From Balanoglossus misakiensis (taxonomy: Eukaryota > Animalia > Hemichordata), in contig CM082581.2 in the NCBI GenBank assembly GCA_040954595.2, positions 558,001 to 622,000 on the forward strand: 64,000 nucleotides of DNA. Reading direction: 5' to 3'. Position 1 is the first letter of the stretch; each line of letters starts with the position of its first letter. Shown in pieces: positions 27,683 through 40,329 of this stretch. Under the pieces are notes generated by a model. The model was not told the DNA's origin. It ran no database searches and saw nothing but the letters and a program-made list of their open reading frames with translations. The position numbers were made by a program, and so were the translations under genes.

Positions 27683-28795
27683 ATATAGCTGCAAGCAGCA
27701 ATAGCGGGCCCAAGCCAACATAGCACATAGCAACATAGCAATAAGCATATCTGCTCTGGATGCCAAGATATGGTAAAGTAGGTCAAAGGTCACCTGAGTT
27801 CATGCAGAATTTGGGCAAGAAATTTTGACCCTATACTGGTCCATGTTCAACAGAAACCAAATTTATAACCCTATTGGTTAGCCTGGAATTAGGTATGCAC
27901 ATAATTAATGAGTTAGGCAGGTGTCACAGGTGACCCCCAGTGTTGCCTTTTCAATTTTAGTCGCAACCCTCCAAACGCCAAGTCTGTACCTGCTCTGGAT
28001 GCCAAGATATGGTAAAGTAGGTCAAAGGTCACCTGAGGTCATACAAAATTTGGGCAAGAAATTTTGACCCTATACTGGTCCATGTTCAACAAAAACCAAA
28101 CCTATAGCCCTATTGGTTAGCCTGGAATTAGGTTTGCACATAATTAATGAGTTAAGCAGGTGTTACAGGTGAGCCTAAAATTTTGCCTTCTATTTTGGTG
28201 CCATTGTGCTCACTGACCAATAGATAGTCACTGTACAAGACTATTGCACAGACCAGAATTCCACAATAAGACATGGACATAGCTTAACCATAGAGGTATA
28301 AGTAAAGGTATAAATTTAATAAAAAAATTGATATAAAAAAATCGGTCGATTTTTCATATTATTTTTTTCCGCTTAAAATTATTGACAAATGCTAGGCTAG
28401 CTGCACACCAAAGTTGGAGATGATCGGCCTAACAGATTTTGAGATATGTATGCATATTTATCCAAAATAATATGTTGTCATAGCTTTACTATGTAAAGTA
28501 TAGGCACATGGCTTGGGCGAAAAATATGAAAAATAATACTTAAAAATCTTCTTCTCAAAATTCTCAAAATCTGAACAGAATTTTGATATCTCCATTCATA
28601 TGCAAATTAGGTCGATTTGAAAATTTTGCCCATATATGGTCATCAGGTCACATGACTTATTAAACATTCACAAGGGTACTGCACTAGCTCTCATTGGCCT
28701 GCACCATTGTGCCAAGTTTGAAATTGGTAGGTTTAGCAGTTTTCCAGATCTACCTCGCCAAAGAAAACGACAGAAGAAGAAAAAGAAGTAGAAGA
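27683..28795 (-). mobile_element. HINE body A with ~180-240 bp internal repeats
   Basis: 3' end motif at 27683; repeated AAAGTAGGTCAAAGGTCACCTGAG and TATGCACATAATTAATGAG blocks. Confidence 0.75.
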
Positions 28796-29999
28796 ATATA
28801 GCTGCAAGCAGCGATGACGGGCACAAGCTTAAGCCGAAGGTCAAAGGTCATATGTGGTCACCCAAAATTTGGGCAAAAAGTTTTGACCCCCATACTAGTC
28901 CAGGTCCAACAGAAACCAGACCTCTAGCCCTATTGGTTTGTCTGAAATTAGATATGCGCATAATTAATGATGTAAAGTGTAAGACTCTATCAATAGTTCG
29001 ATCCATCCAAACACAAATGCTGTACCTGTCCTGGATGCCGAGATATAGGAAAGTAGGTTAAAGGTCACCTGAGGCCATCCGAAAGTTTAGAAAATATTTT
29101 TGACCCCATACCAGTCCAGGTCCAACAAAAATCAGGCCTCTAACCCTATTGGTTCGCCTAGAATTAGATATGCACATAATTAATGAGGTAACGTTTCAGG
29201 CTTCATTAGTAGTTCCATGCCTCCAAATGCCAAGGCTGTATCTGCGCTGGTTGCCGAGATATGGTAAAGTAGGTCAAAGGTCACTTGAGGTCATCCAAAA
29301 TTGGGCAAGAAATTTTAACCCCATACTGGTCCATGTTCAACAAAAATCAAACCTCTAGCCCTATTGGCTACCCTGGAATTAGGTATGCACATAATTAATG
29401 AGATAAGCCGGTGTCACAGGTGAACCCTAATTTTGTCTTTTCAATTTTAGTCACAACCCTCCAAACGCCAAGTCTGTACCTGCTGTGGATGCCGAGATAT
29501 AGGAAAGTAGGTCAAAGGTCACCTGAGGTCACCCAAAATTTGGGCAAAAATTTTTGATCCCATACTGGTCCATGTCCCACAAGAACAAAACCTCTAGCCG
29601 TTTTAGTTAGCCTGGAATTAGGTATGCACATAATTAATGAGTTAAGCAGGTGTTACAGGTGAGCCTAAAATTTGGTCTTTTATTGTGGTCCCATTCTGCT
29701 CACGGGCCAATAGAGAGTCACTGTACAGGACCATTGCACAGCCGACGTGGACATAGCGTCATAGCTTAAAGGCACCTAAGCTGTAACTGTGGGCATTATT
29801 TTCATTATTTTACATTCAAATGAAAGATTGCTCATGTAGATATACTTATTGAAGCGTACATAAACACATATATCTGACCAGCGACAAAAATCGCACGCGT
29901 AACTACGAGCAAGACATATAATAAAACGTTGCGGCAAGCGATTATGGCGGCGTCCAGGGCAGGAGTACACAGATTACACAGAAAACGCGAGTCTCGCGC

Positions 30000-32900
30000 A
30001 TGCGCAGTAAATTCTTCACGAGAACATGGCGTCCCGCACAGCTAAACGTCGGCCGGACAGACTCGGCGAAGAAGAGGAGACAGCAACAAAGCAATTTGAC
30101 AAAACGTCGGTCCATGGTGTATATCGGACGACAGATGGATAGATGGATTGAATTAATCGACGAAACAGGGCTTTCAAACCCCGATTTGGCCGAGGAGCTG
30201 ATTGATTGGTAAGTAGGACGGGCTTTCGAACTGCGGTGATGCCTTGGACAAATCAGCAATACACGTACATGTACATGTACTATATCCAACGATCGTCATA
30301 TTTTGGCCTTTGAAATGACATTTTTTGACCATCCAAATGTTCGGAAATACCAAAACTCGAATCAAAATCACGACAACATCGCCTATGTTCGGTGCGTCAC
30401 TGTCAACGTAGTGAACAACCCTTTGTAGTTTTTGTTGGCATGTCAATGTTTACACACTGTGTAAAGTGTAAATCGTCATTTTAACTCTTCATCTAAATCT
30501 TCGTCCATCGTGTTCTTTTGTCCGCCGGTTTCAAATCCGTAAGATTTGTTAAACATCTGATCAAAATATTTCGATTTCTGATCTTGTCACAGTTACAATA
30601 AAAACCGAAATGAACAGTCACCGGACTCCCCAGACCAAGGTACTACATTTCAGCCTGTTCCAAGCACGAGTGGTCAAGCTTCGTCACATGTGACGGTTGG
30701 CGTTGAGCCATTGCAGCAAGACATTTCGTGCTCATCTTCAGTTTCATCTGGTCATGGGTAAGTAATATTTTTAACCTGTTTTGTAAAAATCGCCCATACC
30801 ATTGTCGGTTAACTTGTTATCAGGTGTGTAAGAAGTTCAGGTTTGTGTTCAACATGGGTTCATGCATGTAAAACAGGGTTCAATCCTGCAAACAAAGGGA
30901 CAATCCATTTACATTGTACTTCACAAATAAACCAAGTGCAGCTCTCTTGATCTCAAACACAAACATTTGAGTCAAGTAAATCTGTTCATCTTTTAGACAC
31001 TAGAGAAAAATCAGGATTGAATAACAATATTATCTAAATTGGTGTTTGTACAACTTCATAATTTATGGGTACATGTATTTTTAAAGGAAACGACCCTCCA
31101 AACATCCTCGAAGTTCAACACCCACTGCAGGCCAACAACATATTGCAAGAATGTCTGAGATGTCAGAGATGTCATCAATTGTGTCCAGTGATCATGGGTA
31201 AGATTTTTTATTCATTTACTCAGGGCTCTACCTAGGCATTTGCTATTTACAATCATTGCATTTTATGTTCTTTTTGACCTATGGTCCATAACAAGACAAT
31301 CTGGCAATTTAATGGTCATAGACCTAGTAGTGGTAATAGCTTTTGCTTTTGGACTGAGTATACTGTGCCTTATAGTCTGCTAGTATAACACTATAACAAA
31401 CTTTTCTACAAGTCAACATGGGTATTATAATACTACTTTCAAGTTTCAAAATATGTGAACAACAATTTGTGCCAATTTCTAAAACTTGTTTGAATGTTTC
31501 AGGGAAACGAGTCAAATGTCAGGAATAGAAGAACTCCCTGCATTGTCTGGCTCAACCAAGACACAAGATAAGACAAGGTATGTAACAAATTTCTGTACCA
31601 TGTGGTCAAAATGAGAAGCAGTTTTTATCAGGACATCTGAATTTTAAGTTTGTTATGACAGAAAGTTTGACAATAACAATAATGTTTTAATGATTTATTT
31701 TACAGTGATAAAACCAGAAGAAGAAAGAGCACAATGACTGAATCATTTGTAGATCCATTTGAGTAAGTGTATGTTGGGCATATTTGTACATGGAACATGC
31801 TAGATTATATCCACAACAAATGTAAAAAAAATTATGTATTGTTGGTGATTCATGTCATTTTAAGATTAGTCAAAACTGTAATAAAAACATTATTATTTGA
31901 GTGAAGAGAAGTTGTGAAGTTGCCAGAGTTACAGAGCTAACTAATACTAATGTCAAAGTGATTAGTACTATAAAGTTGAACAAATACCTAGAATTAATTG
32001 TTAGTGGAGCTTTAAACTTTTGGGTTAAATCTATTTTGTTTGATTTCCCATTTATATTTTCATCCATGCATATCTTATCATACTCTACAGTGTGACTATA
32101 GATATAACAGGAGATTTGAATCAAGATCATTACCAAGGTTCTGATGAAGACGATGACGACCCAGACTATGAACCCAGTATAAATTTAACCATTCAGTGAG
32201 TATTTTCATTTTTAGAAGTTTCATTTCTAAATTTCTGGCCTACCTTCCCATTTCCCCCCATTTTTTTTCCTTTGACTTTAATTGAAATTTCATTTTACAG
32301 ACCCCGGGGAGTGGACCTAGAGGATCTGGCATCCGAAAACTCGGAGAATGAGGATGACAGTGATGATGACCAGGACCAGGAGAACACTGAAGAGACCCAT
32401 GAACAAGATGAAATATCTCCTGGTATTGTGAGGGTGCAAATGGGCACAGATGTTGACAGCCTCCTTCAGGAGAAGTTTTATCTAATATCACTGCAGCAGC
32501 TTCTCTTGTTGGCTAAAACAGTGAAACAGTCAACGTGCCGTGAAGGAAATTGCAACGAAAGTCTGACAATTTCATCTCAGTCTGTTGGGTCAGCTCTGTA
32601 TTTGTCATGGGTACGTGTATTTTTTAGAAAATGTTGATAAGTGATATTGTTTCATACATGCCTTATGTTCTAAACTCACAAATTTGAAAAAGAAAAGAAC
32701 TGAATATTAACAGCCAGCTTTTGTGCATCCCTTAGTGTTAAACTGTGCAAAGTTGTAGAAAGGAAGTCATATTTATATGATGTTTGATGTATATTTTTTT
32801 AGGTTTGCCCATCTGGCCACCTGGCTTACAAGTGGTGCTCTCAACCTCTCCTTAACAGAAGGCTTCATAGTGGCGATTTATTGACGTCAGCTGCTATTCT

Positions 32901-35900
32901 CACGTCAGGCAACAACTACACTAAAATAGCATTGTTTGCCAGCATGTTGAATCTGAACATAGTCAGTTCCAGTACGTATTTGAAGATACAGAGACATTAC
33001 CTGGTGCCAAGTGTTGATCAATATTGGGAGACTCATCAGCAGGAAATTGTAAGGAAACATGCCGACAAAGAACTTGTGATAATGGGTAAGAAGAAATCAT
33101 TGCACCTAAACATGTTAGAGAGTTCCAAATTTCAATTGCTGTATCCTTGTATATTAGAGTTTTTCATAAGTTTGTTTTGAAATTGTTAATCACAGTCCTG
33201 AAATGTGAATGTTTATGACACCTATGTAAAGACATAATTATCTCAACTGTAAGCAGTCTCCCTTATTATAATAGAGACTTGATATTATAAACCATGTAAC
33301 CCCAAAGTAGGTGCAGCTACATGTCTTTCTGTATATTCATAATGAATTTTCTTAGTGCCAAATAGTAATCAGTTTACAAAAAATGTCCTATACTAAGTAT
33401 TGTTGAAAACTATACCGATAATACTCAAACATATGTTTCCTTTTATTTTGAAAGGTGATGGGAGGATGGATTCCCCAGGGTTTTGCGCCCAGTATTGCTC
33501 ATATACGTTCATGGAGTATGAGTCAAAAGACATTCTCGACATCATAACATTGGACAAAAGGCAGACGGAAAGAAAGTCTACAGTGATGGAGAAAGCAGCA
33601 TTTCAAAAGACGTTGGACCATCTATTGGCCCAAGAGGCAAAAGTCATTGAAGTGACGACGGATTCTCATTCCCAGATTTTAGCTTTGATGAGTAAGTTTG
33701 AAGCTCAGCTAAATACAACTTTAATGCAGTTTTTATCCTGACTACTCAAAAATTAGTGTCATTTTTTCAATCAAATATGTTTTAAAACTATTGTTATTCC
33801 ATGTGCATAGAAAAAGTGCATGCCTGTTTTGTCACATCACATAAACCCTTGTTTTTGTCACAATTTTATAGGAAACCGATATGGCAATATCAAGCATTCA
33901 CTTGATGTGTGGCATGCTGCCAAAAATCTTGGGAAAAAAATAATCAAGGTGAGTCAATTAAATTTTCATTTTGATATGCAGGAATTCTGACGGTGACTTG
34001 GTCACTTATTTTTTTTAAATAGACAGACAGGAACTCTATCATACAACAATTCCCATTTGTGATAACCAAATAGCTCTGTTTTCTATATGACATTGCTTTA
34101 GAATAAATCTCTCTATGTATGCCATCAAACCGTAAGACTCAAGGAAAGGCCTGTTTAGTTGCTATGAAGCTCCATGTTTTCCCCTTATTCAGGCTGGTCA
34201 GGAGAAGGAGTGTAAAGCTCTTCTACAGTGGAGCCGACATATTGTGAACCATTTTTGGTACTGTTGTGGCAAGGCTACTACATGTGATGAGTTTAAGGTA
34301 CGTAATAATTTGTTGTTTGCTGTATAAATGGCTTTCCAGGAAGAGACATTGGAGAGATTTGTATGCCTTTGATGTTTTTTGAAGACAAGGGCTACTTATC
34401 ACTCATGCATTAATTCTGTCTACTGTACATCAATCTCATCTAAATTTTCACAAGGCTGCAGCTGTGAATCTCACAAGTCAATCGATGATGGTATAATACA
34501 ATGTTTTGTTAAAATATACTACAAGTGAAGTTGCGAGAAATGTTGGTTGACATTGAATTATCGCACTGAAAAGTAAATTGTTTTTTTCTTTTCCTAATCA
34601 CATGAAAATCTATTGACCTGCTTAGTGAGAACACATGGAACTGCAGATTATCAGATCTGTATCCCAGCATATCTTAGTTTGCAACAAAATACCAGTAACA
34701 AGCGGTTCTCATGTTATTTACAGGGACTTTGGTGTGGTGTTGTTCACCATGTGGTGAACGAGCATTCGTGGGCACTTGCCTACTGCCAAATGCCCTGGTC
34801 AGAATTGTTTTTAACAAGCAATTCCTCAGTAAAGTGGATTACTTGATTAACTTTAGGTAAGGAGTTGAATTAATTTTATGTCTTTCTTATAAAATCATGG
34901 TACATGATATCCAGTTTGGTATTTGGTGTATGTATGGTAGTGTTTCCCAGGTATGATTTGACTAATATCAACATGAGTCACATCCAGTTTACATGACTAT
35001 TATTGTATCCATTTTATTTATACTTTCCTGGTGGTCACCAGTTTTGCCAACAAGCTATGCATGTATGTGAATGTTTAATTTAACTCTTACCATGCATCAT
35101 GTTTTTCAGGAGTACTGCAGAACTAGAGACATTCCAACAGCATATTTTAATGTATGCAGGGAAGAGATATGCGTACACACCACCCGTGTACAGAGCGAGG
35201 AATAGGCTGGCTGCCATAGACCACAATGTTCACAATGACAGGCCAGTCAAGAGGAAAAAGAATGGTGAAGTTGTGTAAGTTCTTCCTACTGATGTATTTT
35301 TTATTATGAGTAGTGAATTGGTGTTGTACCTACTTATCAGCCAAAATTAACATGTCCTTTGCACTTGCTGTTGAAATTGAACTAATTAGTTTAACACACA
35401 ATAACTTGATTTGGGGTCACGTATAGTCATTATATTGGCCATTTTTTTCACAGCTTTAGTAGCATTATGTGCTCAAATATATTAACGACCATAGCTTTCT
35501 TTTCTTCAAATTGAAAAATTAGTAGTTCAGATATTTTAACACTTAAAATCTAGGTATTGACACATTTCCAAGTAGATTTGAATGAATTACATCATATCAT
35601 TATACTTGATGCAGGCTTCATAGGCGCTTCAACAAAAAAAGCAACAGATGGAGTGTCTTCCAAGAGAAAGAGAAAAAAACCTACCCACACATCACAGACA
35701 TCAAGAGAATTATCCTTGAAAGGCGTTTACAAGACCGTGAAGGAATGCAGAAAAGAAAACCTATGGAGGCAACAGATCCAAGGAGGAGGATGTGACTATA
35801 GATATAACAGGAGATTTGAATCAAGATCATTACCAAGGTTCTGATGAAGACGATGACGACCCAGACTATGAACCCAGTATAAATTTAACCATTCAGTGAG

Positions 35901-38900
35901 TATTTTCATTTTTAGAAGTTTCATTTCTAAATTTCTGGCCTACCTTCCCATTTCCCCCCATTTTTTTTCCTTTGACTTTAATTGAAATTTCATTTTACAG
36001 ACCCCGGGGAGTGGACCTAGAGGATCTGGCATCCGAAAACTCGGAGAATGAGGATGACAGTGATGATGACCAGGACCAGGAGAACACTGAAGAGACCCAT
36101 GAACAAGATGAAATATCTCCTGGTATTGTGAGGGTGCAAATGGGCACAGATGTTGACAGCCTCCTTCAGGAGAAGTTTTATCTAATATCACTGCAGCAGC
36201 TTCTCTTGTTGGCTAAAACAGTGAAACAGTCAACGTGCCGTGAAGGAAATTGCAACGAAAGTCTGACAATTTCATCTCAGTCTGTTGGGTCAGCTCTGTA
36301 TTTGTCATGGGTACGTGTATTTTTTAGAAAATGTTGATAAGTGATATTGTTTCATACATGCCTTATGTTCTAAACTCACAAATTTGAAAAAGAAAAGAAC
36401 TGAATATTAACAGCCAGCTTTTGTGCATCCCTTAGTGTTAAACTGTGCAAAGTTGTAGAAAGGAAGTCATATTTATATGATGTTTGATGTATATTTTTTT
36501 AGGTTTGCCCATCTGGCCACCTGGCTTACAAGTGGTGCTCTCAACCTCTCCTTAACAGAAGGCTTCATAGTGGCGATTTATTGACGTCAGCTGCTATTCT
36601 CACGTCAGGCAACAACTACACTAAAATAGCATTGTTTGCCAGCATGTTGAATCTGAACATAGTCAGTTCCAGTACGTATTTGAAGATACAGAGACATTAC
36701 CTGGTGCCAAGTGTTGATCAATATTGGGAGACTCATCAGCAGGAAATTGTAAGGAAACATGCCGACAAAGAACTTGTGATAATGGGTAAGAAGAAATCAT
36801 TGCACCTAAACATGTTAGAGAGTTCCAAATTTCAATTGCTGTATCCTTGTATATTAGAGTTTTTCATAAGTTTGTTTTGAAATTGTTAATCACAGTCCTG
36901 AAATGTGAATGTTTATGACACCTATGTAAAGACATAATTATCTCAACTGTAAGCAGTCTCCCTTATTATAATAGAGACTTGATATTATAAACCATGTAAC
37001 CCCAAAGTAGGTGCAGCTACATGTCTTTCTGTATATTCATAATGAATTTTCTTAGTGCCAAATAGTAATCAGTTTACAAAAAATGTCCTATACTAAGTAT
37101 TGTTGAAAACTATACCGATAATACTCAAACATATGTTTCCTTTTATTTTGAAAGGTGATGGGAGGATGGATTCCCCAGGGTTTTGCGCCCAGTATTGCTC
37201 ATATACGTTCATGGAGTATGAGTCAAAAGACATTCTCGACATCATAACATTGGACAAAAGGCAGACGGAAAGAAAGTCTACAGTGATGGAGAAAGCAGCA
37301 TTTCAAAAGACGTTGGACCATCTATTGGCCCAAGAGGCAAAAGTCATTGAAGTGACGACGGATTCTCATTCCCAGATTTTAGCTTTGATGAGTAAGTTTG
37401 AAGCTCAGCTAAATACAACTTTAATGCAGTTTTTATCCTGACTACTCAAAAATTAGTGTCATTTTTTCAATCAAATATGTTTTAAAACTATTGTTATTCC
37501 ATGTGCATAGAAAAAGTGCATGCCTGTTTTGTCACATCACATAAACCCTTGTTTTTGTCACAATTTTATAGGAAACCGATATGGCAATATCAAGCATTCA
37601 CTTGATGTGTGGCATGCTGCCAAAAATCTTGGGAAAAAAATAATCAAGGTGAGTCAATTAAATTTTCATTTTGATATGCAGGAATTCTGACGGTGACTTG
37701 GTCACTTATTTTTTTTAAATAGACAGACAGGAACTCTATCATACAACAATTCCCATTTGTGATAACCAAATAGCTCTGTTTTCTATATGACATTGCTTTA
37801 GAATAAATCTCTCTATGTATGCCATCAAACCGTAAGACTCAAGGAAAGGCCTGTTTAGTTGCTATGAAGCTCCATGTTTTCCCCTTATTCAGGCTGGTCA
37901 GGAGAAGGAGTGTAAAGCTCTTCTACAGTGGAGCCGACATATTGTGAACCATTTTTGGTACTGTTGTGGCAAGGCTACTACATGTGATGAGTTTAAGGTA
38001 CGTAATAATTTGTTGTTTGCTGTATAAATGGCTTTCCAGGAAGAGACATTGGAGAGATTTGTATGCCTTTGATGTTTTTTGAAGACAAGGGCTACTTATC
38101 ACTCATGCATTAATTCTGTCTACTGTACATCAATCTCATCTAAATTTTCACAAGGCTGCAGCTGTGAATCTCACAAGTCAATCGATGATGGTATAATACA
38201 ATGTTTTGTTAAAATATACTACAAGTGAAGTTGCGAGAAATGTTGGTTGACATTGAATTATCGCACTGAAAAGTAAATTGTTTTTTTCTTTTCCTAATCA
38301 CATGAAAATCTATTGACCTGCTTAGTGAGAACACATGGAACTGCAGATTATCAGATCTGTATCCCAGCATATCTTAGTTTGCAACAAAATACCAGTAACA
38401 AGCGGTTCTCATGTTATTTACAGGGACTTTGGTGTGGTGTTGTTCACCATGTGGTGAACGAGCATTCGTGGGCACTTGCCTACTGCCAAATGCCCTGGTC
38501 AGAATTGTTTTTAACAAGCAATTCCTCAGTAAAGTGGATTACTTGATTAACTTTAGGTAAGGAGTTGAATTAATTTTATGTCTTTCTTATAAAATCATGG
38601 TACATGATATCCAGTTTGGTATTTGGTGTATGTATGGTAGTGTTTCCCAGGTATGATTTGACTAATATCAACATGAGTCACATCCAGTTTACATGACTAT
38701 TATTGTATCCATTTTATTTATACTTTCCTGGTGGTCACCAGTTTTGCCAACAAGCTATGCATGTATGTGAATGTTTAATTTAACTCTTACCATGCATCAT
38801 GTTTTTCAGGAGTACTGCAGAACTAGAGACATTCCAACAGCATATTTTAATGTATGCAGGGAAGAGATATGCGTACACACCACCCGTGTACAGAGCGAGG

Positions 38901-39576
38901 AATAGGCTGGCTGCCATAGACCACAATGTTCACAATGACAGGCCAGTCAAGAGGAAAAAGAATGGTGAAGTTGTGTAAGTTCTTCCTACTGATGTATTTT
39001 TTATTATGAGTAGTGAATTGGTGTTGTACCTACTTATCAGCCAAAATTAACATGTCCTTTGCACTTGCTGTTGAAATTGAACTAATTAGTTTAACACACA
39101 ATAACTTGATTTGGGGTCACGTATAGTCATTATATTGGCCATTTTTTTCACAGCTTTAGTAGCATTATGTGCTCAAATATATTAACGACCATAGCTTTCT
39201 TTTCTTCAAATTGAAAAATTAGTAGTTCAGATATTTTAACACTTAAAATCTAGGTATTGACACATTTCCAAGTAGATTTGAATGAATTACATCATATCAT
39301 TATACTTGATGCAGGCTTCATAGGCGCTTCAACAAAAAAAGCAACAGATGGAGTGTCTTCCAAGAGAAAGAGAAAAAAACCTACCCACACATCACAGACA
39401 TCAAGAGAATTATCCTTGAAAGGCGTTTACAAGACCGTGAAGGAATGCAGAAAAGAAAACCTATGGAGGCAACAGATCCAAGGAGGATTTCTGCTCACCT
39501 GGCGTCCCTACCTCCACAACCAACGGCAACGATAGCACAGGAAACTGTGTCGAGACGGCAGTCCTCATCAGTGTGA
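30000..39576 (+). pseudogene. Kolobok DDE transposase, 14 exons, frameshifted in exon 12 and with exons 6-14 tandemly duplicated
   Basis: GT-AG exons ..30208, 30593-30757, 31087-31197, 31503-31577, 31706-31762, 32091-32195, 32301-32610, 32803-33085, 33455-33691, 33872-33948, 34193-34297, 34724-34856, 35110-35274, 35615..; motifs GDGRMDSPGFCAQY, TTDSH, LDVWH, VNHFWY, STAELETF, LAAIDHN; natural stop at 39574-39576; start codon uncertain. Confidence 0.88.
32091..39487 (+). repeat. 3700-bp tandem duplication inside the transposase gene
   Basis: 32091-35787 equals 35791-39487 (identical ORF translations offset by 3700); junction AGGAGGA-GGA-TGTGAC. Confidence 0.96.
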
Positions 39577-39591
39577 TCTGATATGTATTTG

Positions 39592-39790
39592 ATCTGTCCC
39601 ATTTCGTGTGTGTGTGTGGGACCTTATGGAATGGGTTATGTCTGTCCACATAACAAAAATTGAAAGTGCTTGGTATACCAACTCGATATTTGGTGTGAAG
39701 ATGCAGGACGGGCTGTAGATGGTAGTTTGTTCAACTGAAGTTGTCATCTGCAAAACTATGCAAATGAGCTTTAAAATGTGAAAATTGTGA
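39592..39790 (+). mobile_element. Degenerate 5' fragment of a HINE/DINE-1-like element in the transposase 3' region
   Basis: GTCCCA..TGGGACCTTATGG(A)ATGGGTT..GTCCACAT..GATATTTGGTGTG..GGGCTGTAGATGG resembles the reverse complement of ~55960-56214. Confidence 0.65.
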
Positions 39791-40329
39791 TTTGAGTCAC
39801 CATGGTTATTTCAAATGGTTGCAAAATTAGAATTTATATAATCTTGTAGCAATTTTTGCCTTTTCCCCCCTTTAAAACAGTGATATTTGTGTTTTCTGTG
39901 AAAGTGATTGTCTGATAATCATTGTCAGATATGAAACAAAGTCTTACCTGCTTGTCAATGCAACCTGTGATATATTCTACATGAATTTAGTTACCTTTTA
40001 GTAGAGATGTAGTCTGTTTTACCAAAAAACAACAACAATTATATACATTTTAAAAAGAAACTTTATTTTCAATAAACATAATTACTGTTTCAAACATAAC
40101 AAAAGTTGTCACTTTTTTCACAATAAATAAGATAATAAACATTCAAAATAAGAAAAAAAGAAAGAAAAATAAGCTAACGTAAAACAAACTAAATAGTACT
40201 TATATGTAAATAAAATTATGCATTCCCTGCATAAACCCTGAGTTCTTTCGATCTTAAAATCAATAATTGCGTAAAATGAGGTAGTGGAAAATATAAGGAA
40301 AAAATTGTAAATAAAATCATGTTGTTACT

